Below are positions 13,301 to 24,700 of a DNA stretch of 64,000 bases, piece by piece. This stretch comes from Catajapyx aquilonaris (lineage: Eukaryota). Under the pieces are notes generated by a model. The model saw nothing but the letters and a program-made list of their open reading frames with translations, was not told the origin of the DNA and searched no databases. Positions within the stretch are counted from its first letter, which is position 1, and every line of letters begins with the position of its first letter. Made by a program: the position numbers and the translations under genes. Location of the stretch: assembly GCA_000934665.2 (NCBI GenBank), contig KZ538033.1, positions 1 to 64,000 on the forward strand, read 5' to 3'.

Positions 13301-16300
13301 GTGTGCCGTGGGGGTGAAAAGACACGTACCTTGAATTTTCGTGGGGGCCAAAGTGGCAACCCAGCTCCAATCAGCATTAGCGTCCGGATGACGTGTGGAC
13401 TGTCGATTGGTCTGGAAGTTGGGAGAAGCGGTGTTGCCGCGTATATTCTGCCCGTGTTTCAAAAAAGTATTCAAAAATATTCAGGGTGGTGTGACTCTGG
13501 CAGATTTGTTATATTATACGGCTTGTCCCAATGCATTTTTGTCAGCTCTTGAGTGCTTGGAGAGACCAAGACCTTTCGAGGAATTGACCATCTCGCGTGC
13601 GCCAGACCCGTTCATTTTCTGGCCGTCGATGCCATTTTCTCCCGTCAGCACAGCTCCGGTTTCTTGGCAGTGCATCAGAGTACGAGGAAAAAGATTACGT
13701 CACCTAATCGGGTCATAACCCAAGCCAGATGCCCGTTATAGTCTCTCTTTTTTTGCTTGTTAAGTAGCCATCTTTTCTGCTGTATTCAAGATGCTGGTAC
13801 TGGGTAAGAGTCGAAGCGCCTGTTTATGGTTAGTGGAGTTTAATATTTCATTGAAATTAAAATAAAATGAGAGAGATGCCTTTTAAGTAGTGCTCTTGAC
13901 ACGTAAAGAGTGGCCTACAGTTTGCACAATCACCAGGGGAGTTGTAAAACCATGAATAACAGTCACGAAAATGCCCCCTTTTGCTATTAATTTACATGCA
14001 AAATGTGTACAGAGAGAGTGAAAATGAGCTACATTATGGCCAGCATTATTAAGTCCAATTAAGGGAGAAATCTCAAGTGACTGCATGTACATAATCGAAT
14101 CTATTCATTTATTTGGTAATGCCCAAATGAGTGTTGTTAAAACTGCATCCATTTTTTAAAATGCAGTGAAAATGATGACTATAACATAATTCTGCAAACT
14201 CAAGAGACTATGTAAGGGCCATGTATTAGGGAACAAAATATCAATAAAGATGTTACAATCATAATGTGCTTTCATATTCAACGCGCCCTTAAACGATTAA
14301 AAATCTAATCACCAAATTTCTGCAATTGACTTGTAAATAGCCCCATTCTGATTTTAACTGTATACAGTATTAATTTACAATACTGAAAATAAAACGGAAT
14401 AAAAATCAAAACTCGGCGCAATGATATAAATAGTGCCATTGGATCGCAAAATTCATTGCTCGGCTCCACATCCAGCAGCCAATTGCAAACAGGATAAGGC
14501 GGAGTCGTTAGTCTCCGAGTTTGGAGACACACAAGAGCTCCCCTCCAAAATGTATCGCAAGCCCACATGTGGAGTGCGTAAGCGGGCATATTATACCAAC
14601 TTATCTCCGGGGCAGGGGCATCCATGGGGTGGTTAAAAAAGTCCCATTTCCGAGGTCCACCTGCCTCGGTTCACTTTGATTCATAACCTCATCCACACGG
14701 GCTCGAAACCGAACTGCTCTATAGGCCTCGACTACGACATGAATAATTCACGATTTCGATAGCGAATGACTCTAATAAAACTGACATGCCACGGGGATCA
14801 AAGAAGTGCATGAAAAATGACCTGCAATTTTTTTACTCTCTCCTTTCCCTTGCGCAGAATGTGCATACCGCGTATCGAGTGGTACTTACGTTGGTAATTC
14901 CGTAAATGAAAGCTCGACGTGCAAGCGGTCCTGGTCCATCAACCGTCTTTCCGTCGTCTTCAGGTCCCCACGATGCGCTGTACACATCCACGTGGTCAGG
15001 GTTCAAACCCAGAGCCCTCGCCTCAACCGCATCATTCACGGTCCCATCCAGCATCCGAACACCTGCGAAAATAAATGGCGTTAAAATTGTTTCTGTAATG
15101 TTCTCGCTGCTTACAAGCCCGAAAAGCATCTCCTTACTACAAACCATGGGTTTTTTGCGGCCACAACTTTCTCAGCCGGCAGATGGCGAGGGGCTATCAG
15201 CTGCGGCCAAGAGATCTCCTCTCTGGCCCTGGGTATAATCAGGGTAATGGATTGCCCTGCCACCTGCCCCGGTCAGAAGTGTGCTGGCTGGAAAAAGCCG
15301 CTTTTAACCTGACCTTAAAGTGCAGATGCCGCTGCAAAGTTTCCCGGAAGAAAAGGCACACAGGTAAACGACTTCTTTCTTGCCATTCCCAAGTTATTTT
15401 CTCAAAAGACACCCGGTACGAACTTGCCTCCTAAACGTCTTTTAAGCGATTCGCTAGTTGCAATATGTGGGCATACAAGTTAAATCCAAGCACACTCCGG
15501 AGTAACCCAACTTATTACCTCGTTTCTAGGCCACATCCTGCAATATTGTATGGATATAAAGCAGCCCTGAAAATGATCAGAAATAAGGTTACTCCTGCAG
15601 CTTCCAACAATCTTCTCGAGCGCTCATTTTTCACAGCGACCAGCCTTCAAATGGAAATCGCTCGATACAGAGAAGATTGTTTTTTTTTCCCTATCTCTCT
15701 CTCTTTCTCTTCGCCCAAAGAGCAGCCTAAGACATTCATCTTCCTGGCAACTTATTTCGCCCCGTCCTTTTTTTTATTTCTGGAAAGATGAGTTAAAGCG
15801 GTACAGGGTGTGTAAGTACTGTACAACTATAGTGTGTGTACCTATATCCAGCAGGATATAAACATCCCGAGGCAGTTGCGAGTTGGTGTAGGAGCAGACT
15901 GGAGGCAATTTTGGCCTCTTTTTTCTCCCAAGGAAAATGTTGGCGCTCTTCAAGTGGCCTCATTTGGCCCATCCGCGCCCCCTCCCCTTTTCGGATCCCA
16001 GTGATGATTGCACCAGCCTATTCCTTCATGGCTGGGAAGAGGATGGTGGGGAGGGAAGGAGAAGTTTAGATCCCGCCGTCAGCTTGGCTTATGGCTGCAA
16101 ACACTTTCTTCATGGGAATAATCAGCGCGACCAGCCCACAACAAGGCGGCTAAACAGCTTCATTCCCGGAAAATTCCGGGCACCAAACTACAGGCACTTC
16201 AAACCGCGGTTTTATTTGAAGGGGAAAAAATCGCGACTCGCCATTTTCCCATTTCTTACAGCGGGCGGTCTGCATATTTCGGTAAAACTTTCATCAATTA

Positions 16301-18738
16301 AAATTACGTATTTACACGCTTTTCGAGAACATACACCAATAGTCAATAGGCTAATTACGGATATTTGAAAATTACTAATTACGCAACGATTTTTGAAGCG
16401 CTTATTTATATTTTCAGACATAACACTAGTCGTTATAGCGTATGTGGAATTACACCAGTCTGATGAGAGGAAAATATTTGCTCTCGCAGAACGACAACAC
16501 CTGCACCGCAATAATAACCGGGGCCTAGAGCACTTATGTAGATATGATCTCAATTCCAACAGTACAGTGAGTCTTATCTGATTAGCAAGTACCAGCACAG
16601 CGAAAAGGCAGTAAACAGTCATTACATAGATAACTTATACACAAACCAGAAAAGCATACACCTGTCTTGTCTACATTTATATCACTGTACAGCACACAGG
16701 TTGGTGCATTATTAAATGCAATTATTTTGTGAAGCTAAACAATGTGGTGAATGTTTGCTTTTCTTTAAACTATAAGGTATAGCAAAAGTAGTGCTTGTTC
16801 CTTAGCAAAAATATCAATAGTAAACGACCTATTTAATATTCCAAAACTGCTTCCGAAGCCCTCGAGCTATCACCTAAACCTGAATAAATTCGTGATCTGA
16901 CCACTGGTCCATTCAGCTGCTGATTAATCAAATTACCCTCCACCATATTGCGCAGGAACAAAAAAAAAGAAGTGCGCAATACATAAATTACCAGCAGGCC
17001 CGTGCATGCGATCATAAAAAGAGTGCATACTGTACGTAAATATTTGACTAGACAGGAAGATTGCTCTAGTCGCAAGCCTAGAGAGAGAAGAGAGCCCCGC
17101 TATCCTCTTCTCCCAACTATATACCTACTCTCTCTTTTTTAATTTTTATGCAATTCGCGCTATCTTGTTTAACCAAACGAGCAAAGTTCTCGTTAATGAT
17201 TCATTTCGTTGCATCGTTGGAAGTTTCGAACGTTACGGCGGATTTTTAATTAATGACGAACGCCGCGAGGAGCTTAACTCTTGCAGATACGGAGGACCAG
17301 AAAACCCTGAGAACACTGAGTGTCTGGCGACATTTTCTTTGCGATATATCACCAGAATCGTGCCAATCGTCTCCCGTTTTTTTCTGTTTTTTTTTGGAGG
17401 GCCTTTAGTAGGGTGAGTATTTTCACTTCGAAATAACGCGGATCCAGTACATTTCCTCGCTTGCCTTGCTAACGGAGCCTATTCATTCGGAAAAGAGGCC
17501 TCCTCGTCTCTGTTCTTGCTCCTCAGCACTGCAAATGGTACTTCAGGGTCCATAATGACCCTCCACCTAATGACTAAGGGCCCTCTCCACTTCTTTGCCT
17601 TTTCTCAGGGAACTGCCGACTATTTTTTTGGGGGCCCTCCCTGTGTTTCCAGAAGCTTTTATTTGCATTACCAATATTAACGAGTCTCTGTGGGTGTGAC
17701 GGATAAATTTATCTGGGGGTTTTATATGGCTTTCCTCTTCCACGCCCTAGTCAATATTTATACTGTAAGGAAGTGCCTGCTGCCTTCATTTTCTGTACAT
17801 GTTGCATTGTTTCAGGTCTGCCAGCGATATAGGCCTCGCAATTAATTTTATGGCAAATTTCACGCAAGAATTATAGTGATTAGCTCGGAACCGGGTCAGC
17901 CCTTTTTTGCGGATTGTATGAGTTTCACATCATTATTTAGGTAACCTTCACTCCAGTCGTAATCCGGTTTCAACAATAGAGATGAGGCAGATGCAAACTT
18001 TGCATTATCCCTTTTGCCTTAATGAAGTAGGCCTATCGACTCGGCGAGAAAGGATATTATGTTCTATTGTGGAGAAGCGGTCTTTTTCATTATCGTTCCC
18101 AACCGCCCCCTTTTGTCGTTTCCCCAGCATCGAAAATTATAGACTGAGCGTGACTTACGAGCCAAGTTGGCTCGAAAGTTGCGCCAAGCACACGGAGAAT
18201 ATTTAACACAACAGACATCGATATAAACTGGTGCTGGGGAAAGGGGGGGCATGAAGCGTTGCAAAAGGGGATTGGTGGAGGGTTACCTTTGACGCAAATG
18301 ATTCAGCCCAACCTTTGATCGCTAATGAAGTCGAGGATATTGGAATTAGCAAAGTTAGAGCCTCGCAGGCATTAATCAATTGCCAAAACCTATCGTACGC
18401 ATTATAAGGATTAATAATTTCTCTCCGTGACATTAAACTGCAGTCCTCTGCCCTCCTGGTAATTACAGGTTAATATCTGGCGGTGGACGCTAAATAGGCC
18501 GCAGATATGGATGGATTTATTAGAGCAATTAGAGGACGGTATATAGCGACTCGGGGTCTGGAAGGGCCATAAACTCACCTCCTATGCTGGCGTTGTAAGC
18601 GACACCGACGCCGCAGAAGCCGTTGAAGGCCACTCCGGCCACTTCTCCTGCGCATCGGGTGCCGTGCTTGTTGTCGCCGTTGTCTCGAGGCATCGGGTCC
18701 TCGTCGTTGTCGTTGATGTCCGTGCTGGCCAGCGAATC
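1502..18738 (-). CDS. Fur2: Furin-like protease 2 (proprotein convertase, S8B), partial spliced CDS: join of 18579-18738, 14890-15062, 6239-6369, 5825-5970, 4377-4541, 4196-4313, 3140-3886, 2464-2651, 1502-1658; both ends lie outside the window
   Basis: Manual splicing gives one continuous frame with matching phases (1,0,2,1,1,2,2,1). It contains [34 protein letters not shown], the P-domain LEHVQC...PRGNL and CxxCxxxC repeats. Motifs such as [22 protein letters not shown] and [17 protein letters not shown] match my recollection of arthropod Fur2 rather than Fur1. Confidence 0.93.
1924..2394. mobile_element. Non-autonomous piggyBac-type MITE (471 bp) in a Fur2 intron
   Basis: TTAA at 1920-1923 and 2395-2398; 19-bp TIR CCCTTAACTACGTAGGTGG / CCACCTACGTAGTTAAGGG; internal inverted repeat with GGAGCCTGAGAGGCTCC palindrome; no transposase ORF. 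Confidence 0.9.
2464..2651 (-). CDS. Fur2: Fur2 exon with furin-like Cys-rich repeats ([11 protein letters not shown]...[11 protein letters not shown])
   Basis: Acceptor aatttcag|C, donor CAAG|gtagta; 188 nt, phase 2 to 1. Confidence 0.93.
3140..3886 (-). CDS. Fur2: Fur2 exon: P domain, Ser/Gly/Pro-rich linker and first Cys-rich repeat
   Basis: Core of ORF 3031..3933; acceptor tgtcttacag|A, donor GG|gtacgt; 747 nt, phase 2 to 2; [18 protein letters not shown] and [11 protein letters not shown] motifs. Confidence 0.95.
4196..4313 (-). CDS. Fur2: Fur2 exon at the end of the catalytic domain ([39 protein letters not shown])
   Basis: Follows a 63-nt intron; acceptor tgtttcag|TG; non-canonical donor GAG|gcaagt; 118 nt, phase 1 to 2. 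Confidence 0.92.
4377..4541 (-). CDS. Fur2: Fur2 exon with catalytic Ser ([33 protein letters not shown]...NGVSRK)
   Basis: Acceptor atttgcag|GG, donor AAAG|gttggt; 165 nt, phase 1 to 1. Confidence 0.96.
5825..5970 (-). CDS. Fur2: Fur2 exon ([48 protein letters not shown])
   Basis: Acceptor ttattttcag|A, donor ACAG|gtacct; 146 nt, phase 2 to 1. Confidence 0.95.
6239..6369 (-). CDS. Fur2: Fur2 exon with oxyanion-hole Asn ([43 protein letters not shown])
   Basis: Acceptor ttctttgcag|GGA, donor GG|gtaagc; 131 nt, phase 0 to 2. Confidence 0.96.
7330..7371. repeat. (GA)n microsatellite
   Basis: About 20 perfect units. Confidence 0.97.
13054..13073. repeat. Poly-G run with an ambiguous base (n at 13067)
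   Basis: Seen directly; run length may be poorly resolved in the assembly. Confidence 0.9.
14890..15062 (-). CDS. Fur2: Fur2 catalytic-domain exon (GVRMLDG...[31 protein letters not shown])
   Basis: Acceptor tttattttcgcag|GT, donor AAC|gtaagt; 173 nt, phase 1 to 0. Confidence 0.96.
18579..18738 (-). CDS. Fur2: Fur2 exon with catalytic His ([53 protein letters not shown])
   Basis: Acceptor ttttgtgcag|GAT, donor GGAG|gtgagt; 160 nt, phase 0 to 1. Confidence 0.96.
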
Positions 18739-21700
18739 CTGCACAAAACGCAACAGAAAAACGGGGATTAATCATAATTCCGTTTGTACGCAGCTGCGCG
18801 CGCATGTTTCACGGCCCGCCCACATGCGCACGCAGAATTAAAACCATTCCCACATGAGCTACGTCCGCATGCTCGCGTAGCTCCGTCAGCCAGTTGCTGA
18901 TTGGTTGTAAATACACAAAAAAAAGCAGCTTGGAACCTAGAGTGTACTACCGCATATTAATTACGGTTACTTTGATCTGATTTCGGCTACCAAATTTTAT
19001 TATGTAGGCAGAGAATTCCTTTAATCTTGGGTGTAGTATCGGACATGGTGAATAGTTCGGAATGCTGTGTGCTGCATGCTTTGCCTCATTTTCGAGGGGC
19101 CAAAACATGGCATGTGTTTTGACCGCCCACACTTGAATGCTATGCAAATCCAATATTTAATTTTCATTCGGGGAGCATGGCACTTGTTTCAACACTTGCA
19201 ATAGCAAAAGTATTATTAATGACATTAACTTTGAATGACGTGTGAAATGAAAAGTTCTGAAAACATATCGAATTATTCAGTGCAACTGGCCGTTGTTTTT
19301 CTCCTCTCGTCGCTGACACGAGTGTACTATACATCAATCATGAATATTAGCCTAACAAATATTTGCACTCATTGGCCCGCACATTTCACGTTAGAATATC
19401 CGGATCTTTATGAATTCCTGCTGAAATATTTACAAACCTCAGCCAATATACTTGGGGTCGTGAATATTTGAATAACTTATACTGTACTAATACCAAGCAA
19501 TATTTAAATAGAGAAGTAGGCCAGAGGATGACAGACCTTTGTGAAGTCATGTTTCCATGTAGACACAATGATATCGGATAGAAGCAAATGCGACGGAGAA
19601 AAGGCCAACTCAGCATGTGAACTGTATAAAATACACAGTCCTGCTCAATTATTTCTTACAAAGAGTTTTATCTTCTTGGATTCGTCCCGATGTGGGTTAC
19701 AGCAAAAAGCGGAAAGCGCAATGTTCATGTTTAGCCTCCAGTATTGAACCATTGTTTGATAGAGTTTATACAAATCAAAGTACCATTCTTGCTGCACTGT
19801 ACTGCACTGCATAAATACTGCGATAGCACTCTATTCGCAAAAACAAAAAAAGTCCGGAGCTTACCATCCTAAACCCAGCAAAATCAATACGGCCTGCAGG
19901 ATTGTACACAAATATTCCCTTTGCATTATATTCGCAACAATAAAAGCTGTTGTCACCGTGTCTATCGGGGCCCCACCAAAACATCAAAAAAGCAAAAAAA
20001 TGGCCAGCACTCTACCCACAAATATTCATTTCCCTGCTGCCCCAGATCCACATCGTTCAAAACTTCTGCCATTTTTTAATCCCGTCCCCGAAAAAAAAAA
20101 AATATCCGGGTGCGATAACTCACGTGCTATTTGTTGCCGCGAATGATATTATACACGGCCTGCCTCCGTATAGTTGATTAAGTTGGCGCCAGCATTTCCA
20201 CTGAATCACGAACCTGCACTTTTCATACGATTTTGCTAATTTAGTCCCATCACTGTGAATTAAAGCCTAGATACCGTTTTCATATAAGCGTCGGGAGAGC
20301 TCTCTCCATTGTTGCGCTCTCATCCATTACTCGGGGAATGCGGGCTTCTGCGCATGGGGGGAATTCCATGCGCGAAAATTTTCCATGGGTAGGAGATGAA
20401 CTTCTCCCGGAAATTATTTATCGAATTCCGGACAATCAAGTTGCACGCACTGTCTCCTAGACCCAATTAGGTAAAGCACGCTCTGCAATTATCCCAGATT
20501 ACCAGAGCTGGAGGGGGAGGGAAGATGATCAGAAAGAGGAGGGGGAGAAGCAGCTTGGTCCTATAGGATGAAAAACTATGAGGGAGGGGGAGGGAAGGGA
20601 GGGTCCTATTTAATTTCAAGTTTCTTCCTATCAAAGTCTGACGCGCGCAATCCCAAAACTTTCGATTACAAAGTTTGAAATTCCGTTCGGTAGTAAAATT
20701 ACTGGATAGGACTGGAAGGGGAGGGGGGGAGAGGATGCGAGGAAATAACAAATTAGGGGGGACGATCTCGATAAATGACCGATTTATTAAGCCGTTAATG
20801 CATCGCCGCAAAAGCATGCCTTATTTGTTGCATGCATATTCATGCAAAAGGCAAGGTAATCAATTGTGTACTTTTTTTTACTAACCCCCAGTTTGTGCTA
20901 TTCCTTCCCGGGCCATTACTGCGCATTATTGCCATAATGGGTGACACATTGCTGCTGGCAGGGTTTCAGGCGGATCTCCAAAAAAGTTTTTTTGAAAAAA
21001 AAGGAGAGAATTTGGAGGGACAAACCCCTGAGAACTAAATCCCCACACTTCCCCATCCGAAATCACGGGCAATTTATTCGCCAAACCGTACAAAACGAGG
21101 GCGTAACTCTGGCTGCAAAGTCTGTTTGTCCGACTAACACATCCGCACTGAGCTGGGACCTCTTGGTTTGTTAAATATTCAGCACATGCCCTTTGACTGA
21201 TCATGGGATCAAGCTTTTCAAGCCGAACACATGCACACGCACTTACGAAAAAAATTCGCGAAAAATATCTGCACGAAAACACTGATTTCTCTCCACATAT
21301 GAACCAGCAGATTATTCTGCACACTCGGTTCGATGCACCGAGTAAATGTTTTTCTTCCGCCAAATTTCGACCTGATATGCTACATGCATGTGCATCAGCA
21401 ATCAATGAATATAACCTCTAAATGTAACATATTTTTTGAGTGAATTCCTGGCGAGTCCTCTAGACCGAGAAAGGACACCCACTCAGCTACTTCCAATAAC
21501 CGGATGAGCTTTTCCAAACAGAACTTGTGGACCCAAGGCTCGGGCAATGTTATGCCGGTTGGAAAAGGGATTATCGGTCATGCCTGTTTCTCTTATAATA
21601 GGTTTCCTATTGATCTCCTTTCGGGCTCTACTGGAAGGCCATTTTTTCCCCCTTCAACCCCTTAGTGGATGTTCACGTGTTCTTCAGACCCATCATTTTC

Positions 21701-24700
21701 TTCCTTATCTAGGTTATCTGCCCCATGTTTACCTACGTCATCACGGCATGGCCCGAGCCGAAATTAAGCGATCTAGACGTCTCCTCCGGGCCATAAAAGA
21801 GTCACCTGTAAATCAAGAAGACTGTCGCAAAAGCACATTGCTTCTCCATTAGGCGGAAACAGCAAAAATGCGGCTGTGAGATCATAAATTTCAGTCCCGA
21901 GGATGAAAAATAAAATGTATCTAGAGCCTTAATTTGTTTTTCAGGCCTACCAGGGAAGAGCTGTTTACTGAATAAAAATCCAAGCCTTTTCCTCCCAAGA
22001 TGTACGGCCTCCCATTTCTACTTTCCGTATACCTTCTCCTACCATTACCAAGTAATTACCATTCATCAAGTGTTGGAATAAGCTGGGTTGCGGTGGTTTC
22101 GCCTTAAGAAACACAAGCCGGAGGAATAATGGCAAAGAAACGTGCAGGCGTAAATCCCCTATGATAAACTGCTGCTTCAAGAATGTAACTGGCGATTACT
22201 GGACAACAAAAGCAGCGTTTTCTCTAGTTGCATCTGGAAAATATAGCCGGATTTTTTTCATTTCTTTTTAAAACAAAAAACAAAAAAAAACATACACAAG
22301 CGAAGGGAGTAATGAGGCAGAAAGATTCTTTCGCAATTTTGAAGCCGGAGCATCGACGAGAGGAAACCCTAAACGTCAGGAAGCGGGAGAAAAATGGAAA
22401 ATCTGGCTGGAAAAGCACGTGCAGGAAACATGGTAAAAATTTAATGCACCAAGACCCATGCATTGCAATATTTATTAAGCTACTGCCGCTGCACTGCTCC
22501 AACAGCTCACTCTCTTTTTTTTAAGCTAAAACCAGTCCCGGTGATTTAAGGCAAACGAACACAATCATTTAGAGCTCAATGCGTGTCGACGACTGCAGCG
22601 TGTTACGTCTCTCACAAAAAAACAGTTATTTAGTACCGATTTGAACCCCGACTCTCTCCACTCAATACATCATTCCTCTGAGTATTGACACTCGTCGTCA
22701 GGCCAGGACACCATCGGATTTTCTACCAGATAAATTGCACTGCGATGAAAGCCAGCTCGTTCTTTATAATCACTGCAATTTGCAATTACCCTGCCCTTCC
22801 TTAATCTAATGGATCTAACGCCGGTTTTGCACCCCAAAAAAGTGTATCTAGGTTGCGATCCACTCTTCCTGACACGGCTAGAGGGAAAGGAAAAAAGGAG
22901 TGGAAAAAAAGGCATAGATCCGTTGGCGGCAGTGGCTGGAATCGGAAACAACACTTTCCGGGCCGATTCCCGGCTCGCTCGCATTTGGGCCCAAAACTCG
23001 GAGCCAAAGAACGAGGAGGCGGAGGAAATAGAAGAGTTAGACGGACTTTGATGGAAGAGGATGGGAAGAGCCCAACATCTTCCCGGCGCCCACCGAGAAA
23101 ACCTACTGGCACCAATTGGATTCGACTGCCAAGTTACCAACCTTAGGGATATATCCAGTTATGAATTGAACGACAGAAAACCGCGACCTACATTACGCTT
23201 TTCCGATCCGTCGACACGAAACTGGTCTGAACACGCAACTAAATTGCTCTCGGACGTTATATTCATATTGGGTCTGCTTTATTGCATAACCGTCAATATG
23301 CTTTTGTAAGTTCTGATGGGATGTTAACAAGCTCGTTGAAATAACATACCTGTTACATCAGCATTACAGCATATCCCTAGGCATACGGGCCTTAGTTGCC
23401 TTGGCTTCAACCCATACCGCTTCACAGTGTCGCAAGATAAACCCACGAACCCAGAGTCCATATCTCGCGCCCAAAACCAAGCCGTAAGCCTGGGAAAGGC
23501 TATAAACATCCGACGCACTTGAAAACACCCCCCTCCGAAAATGGGCCGCACTTTCTCCTCAGCCGAGCCCCAGGAGACTATTAGGTTACCATCCCTTTCT
23601 CGTTAGGCTCACACATAATAATCACAACAAACCCCAAGTAATTTACAGGTCTGGAGCACAAAAGGAAGGGAGCCTGGGTGGGCGTGCCTTCCAACTGCCC
23701 CCACAGGGACGACCCATGCTCGACCAAGGAGAATAAGCCCTGATTTTAATGAGCCTCTTAATTGGAAACCTGAGGACAGGGTGTGGTATCCGCTGCAGTC
23801 CACTCGCCCGGCTACCGTGTCCCATTGTGTGAAACCCACGCAGCACGCCATTGCCTGTGGGACCCTCTGGTGTCCGCGTCTGGCAGGAGGAGAAGGCGTG
23901 GGTGCGCCATTTTTGGGATTCACAAAAGGAATCTCGAGCCTTGTTTTTTCTTCGTGGAATCTCGCATGGAATGCATAAAAATCAACCTCCGAGTATAGTC
24001 CATTTTCGGTAGAGAGCCATGATAGCACAGTTAATCTACCAGGCCGGCACCTATTAATTCCCCATGAATATGATGGGGCTAGTGACACACGTAGCCGCAG
24101 GACCCTTCTCATCGCTTCCGTCCCATTTAAGTGAGGTTCTCCGGACTGCGGTGGACACAATGCGTTCAGTCGGGCGCACGAATAACCTCCGGGATCCGGA
24201 AGTCGTCGGAGTAAAATCTCTCCCCTCCGGTTCTCCAGTTTTCTTTTGCGGGGCATCTCCGTCGTAAAGTGGGGGAAGGAGGAGGGGAAGCCCACCCCCC
24301 TTCCCTCTCTCTCTTCTTAGCCTCCCTGTGCATGCAATTTCCGTAAGTCGGTACTTCAAACGGGCCGATCTTATCTGTAGGCGGCTGCCTCGGGACGGAA
24401 GGAAACCGGGTGACTAATTGAAGAAGCCGTCGGGGGCGAAGCAGAGGTATAGCCCTCTTTCCACAATGTCGAGCTAGAGAAGAGCTAGGGGAGTTTGGCC
24501 GGAGAAGGAAAAACCTAGTACGCATCGGGGCTTGCGATGCATTTTTATTACGCCCTTTCCGTACGTGCGAAGGCTTGGGAGCTTGGTTGTGCGGTACGTA
24601 GTGCTCCCTACGGATTTTGCACGAATTCGGCGGAACTGCGGACGTACTAAGCCTTTGTTGAACCACTGTATACAGTCTCTTGAACTACCGGTACTAGAAG

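Noticed and set aside
23609..24295. 228-aa minus-strand ORF
   Set aside because: No recognisable domain, random-looking composition, and it does not resemble the missing Fur2 exons.
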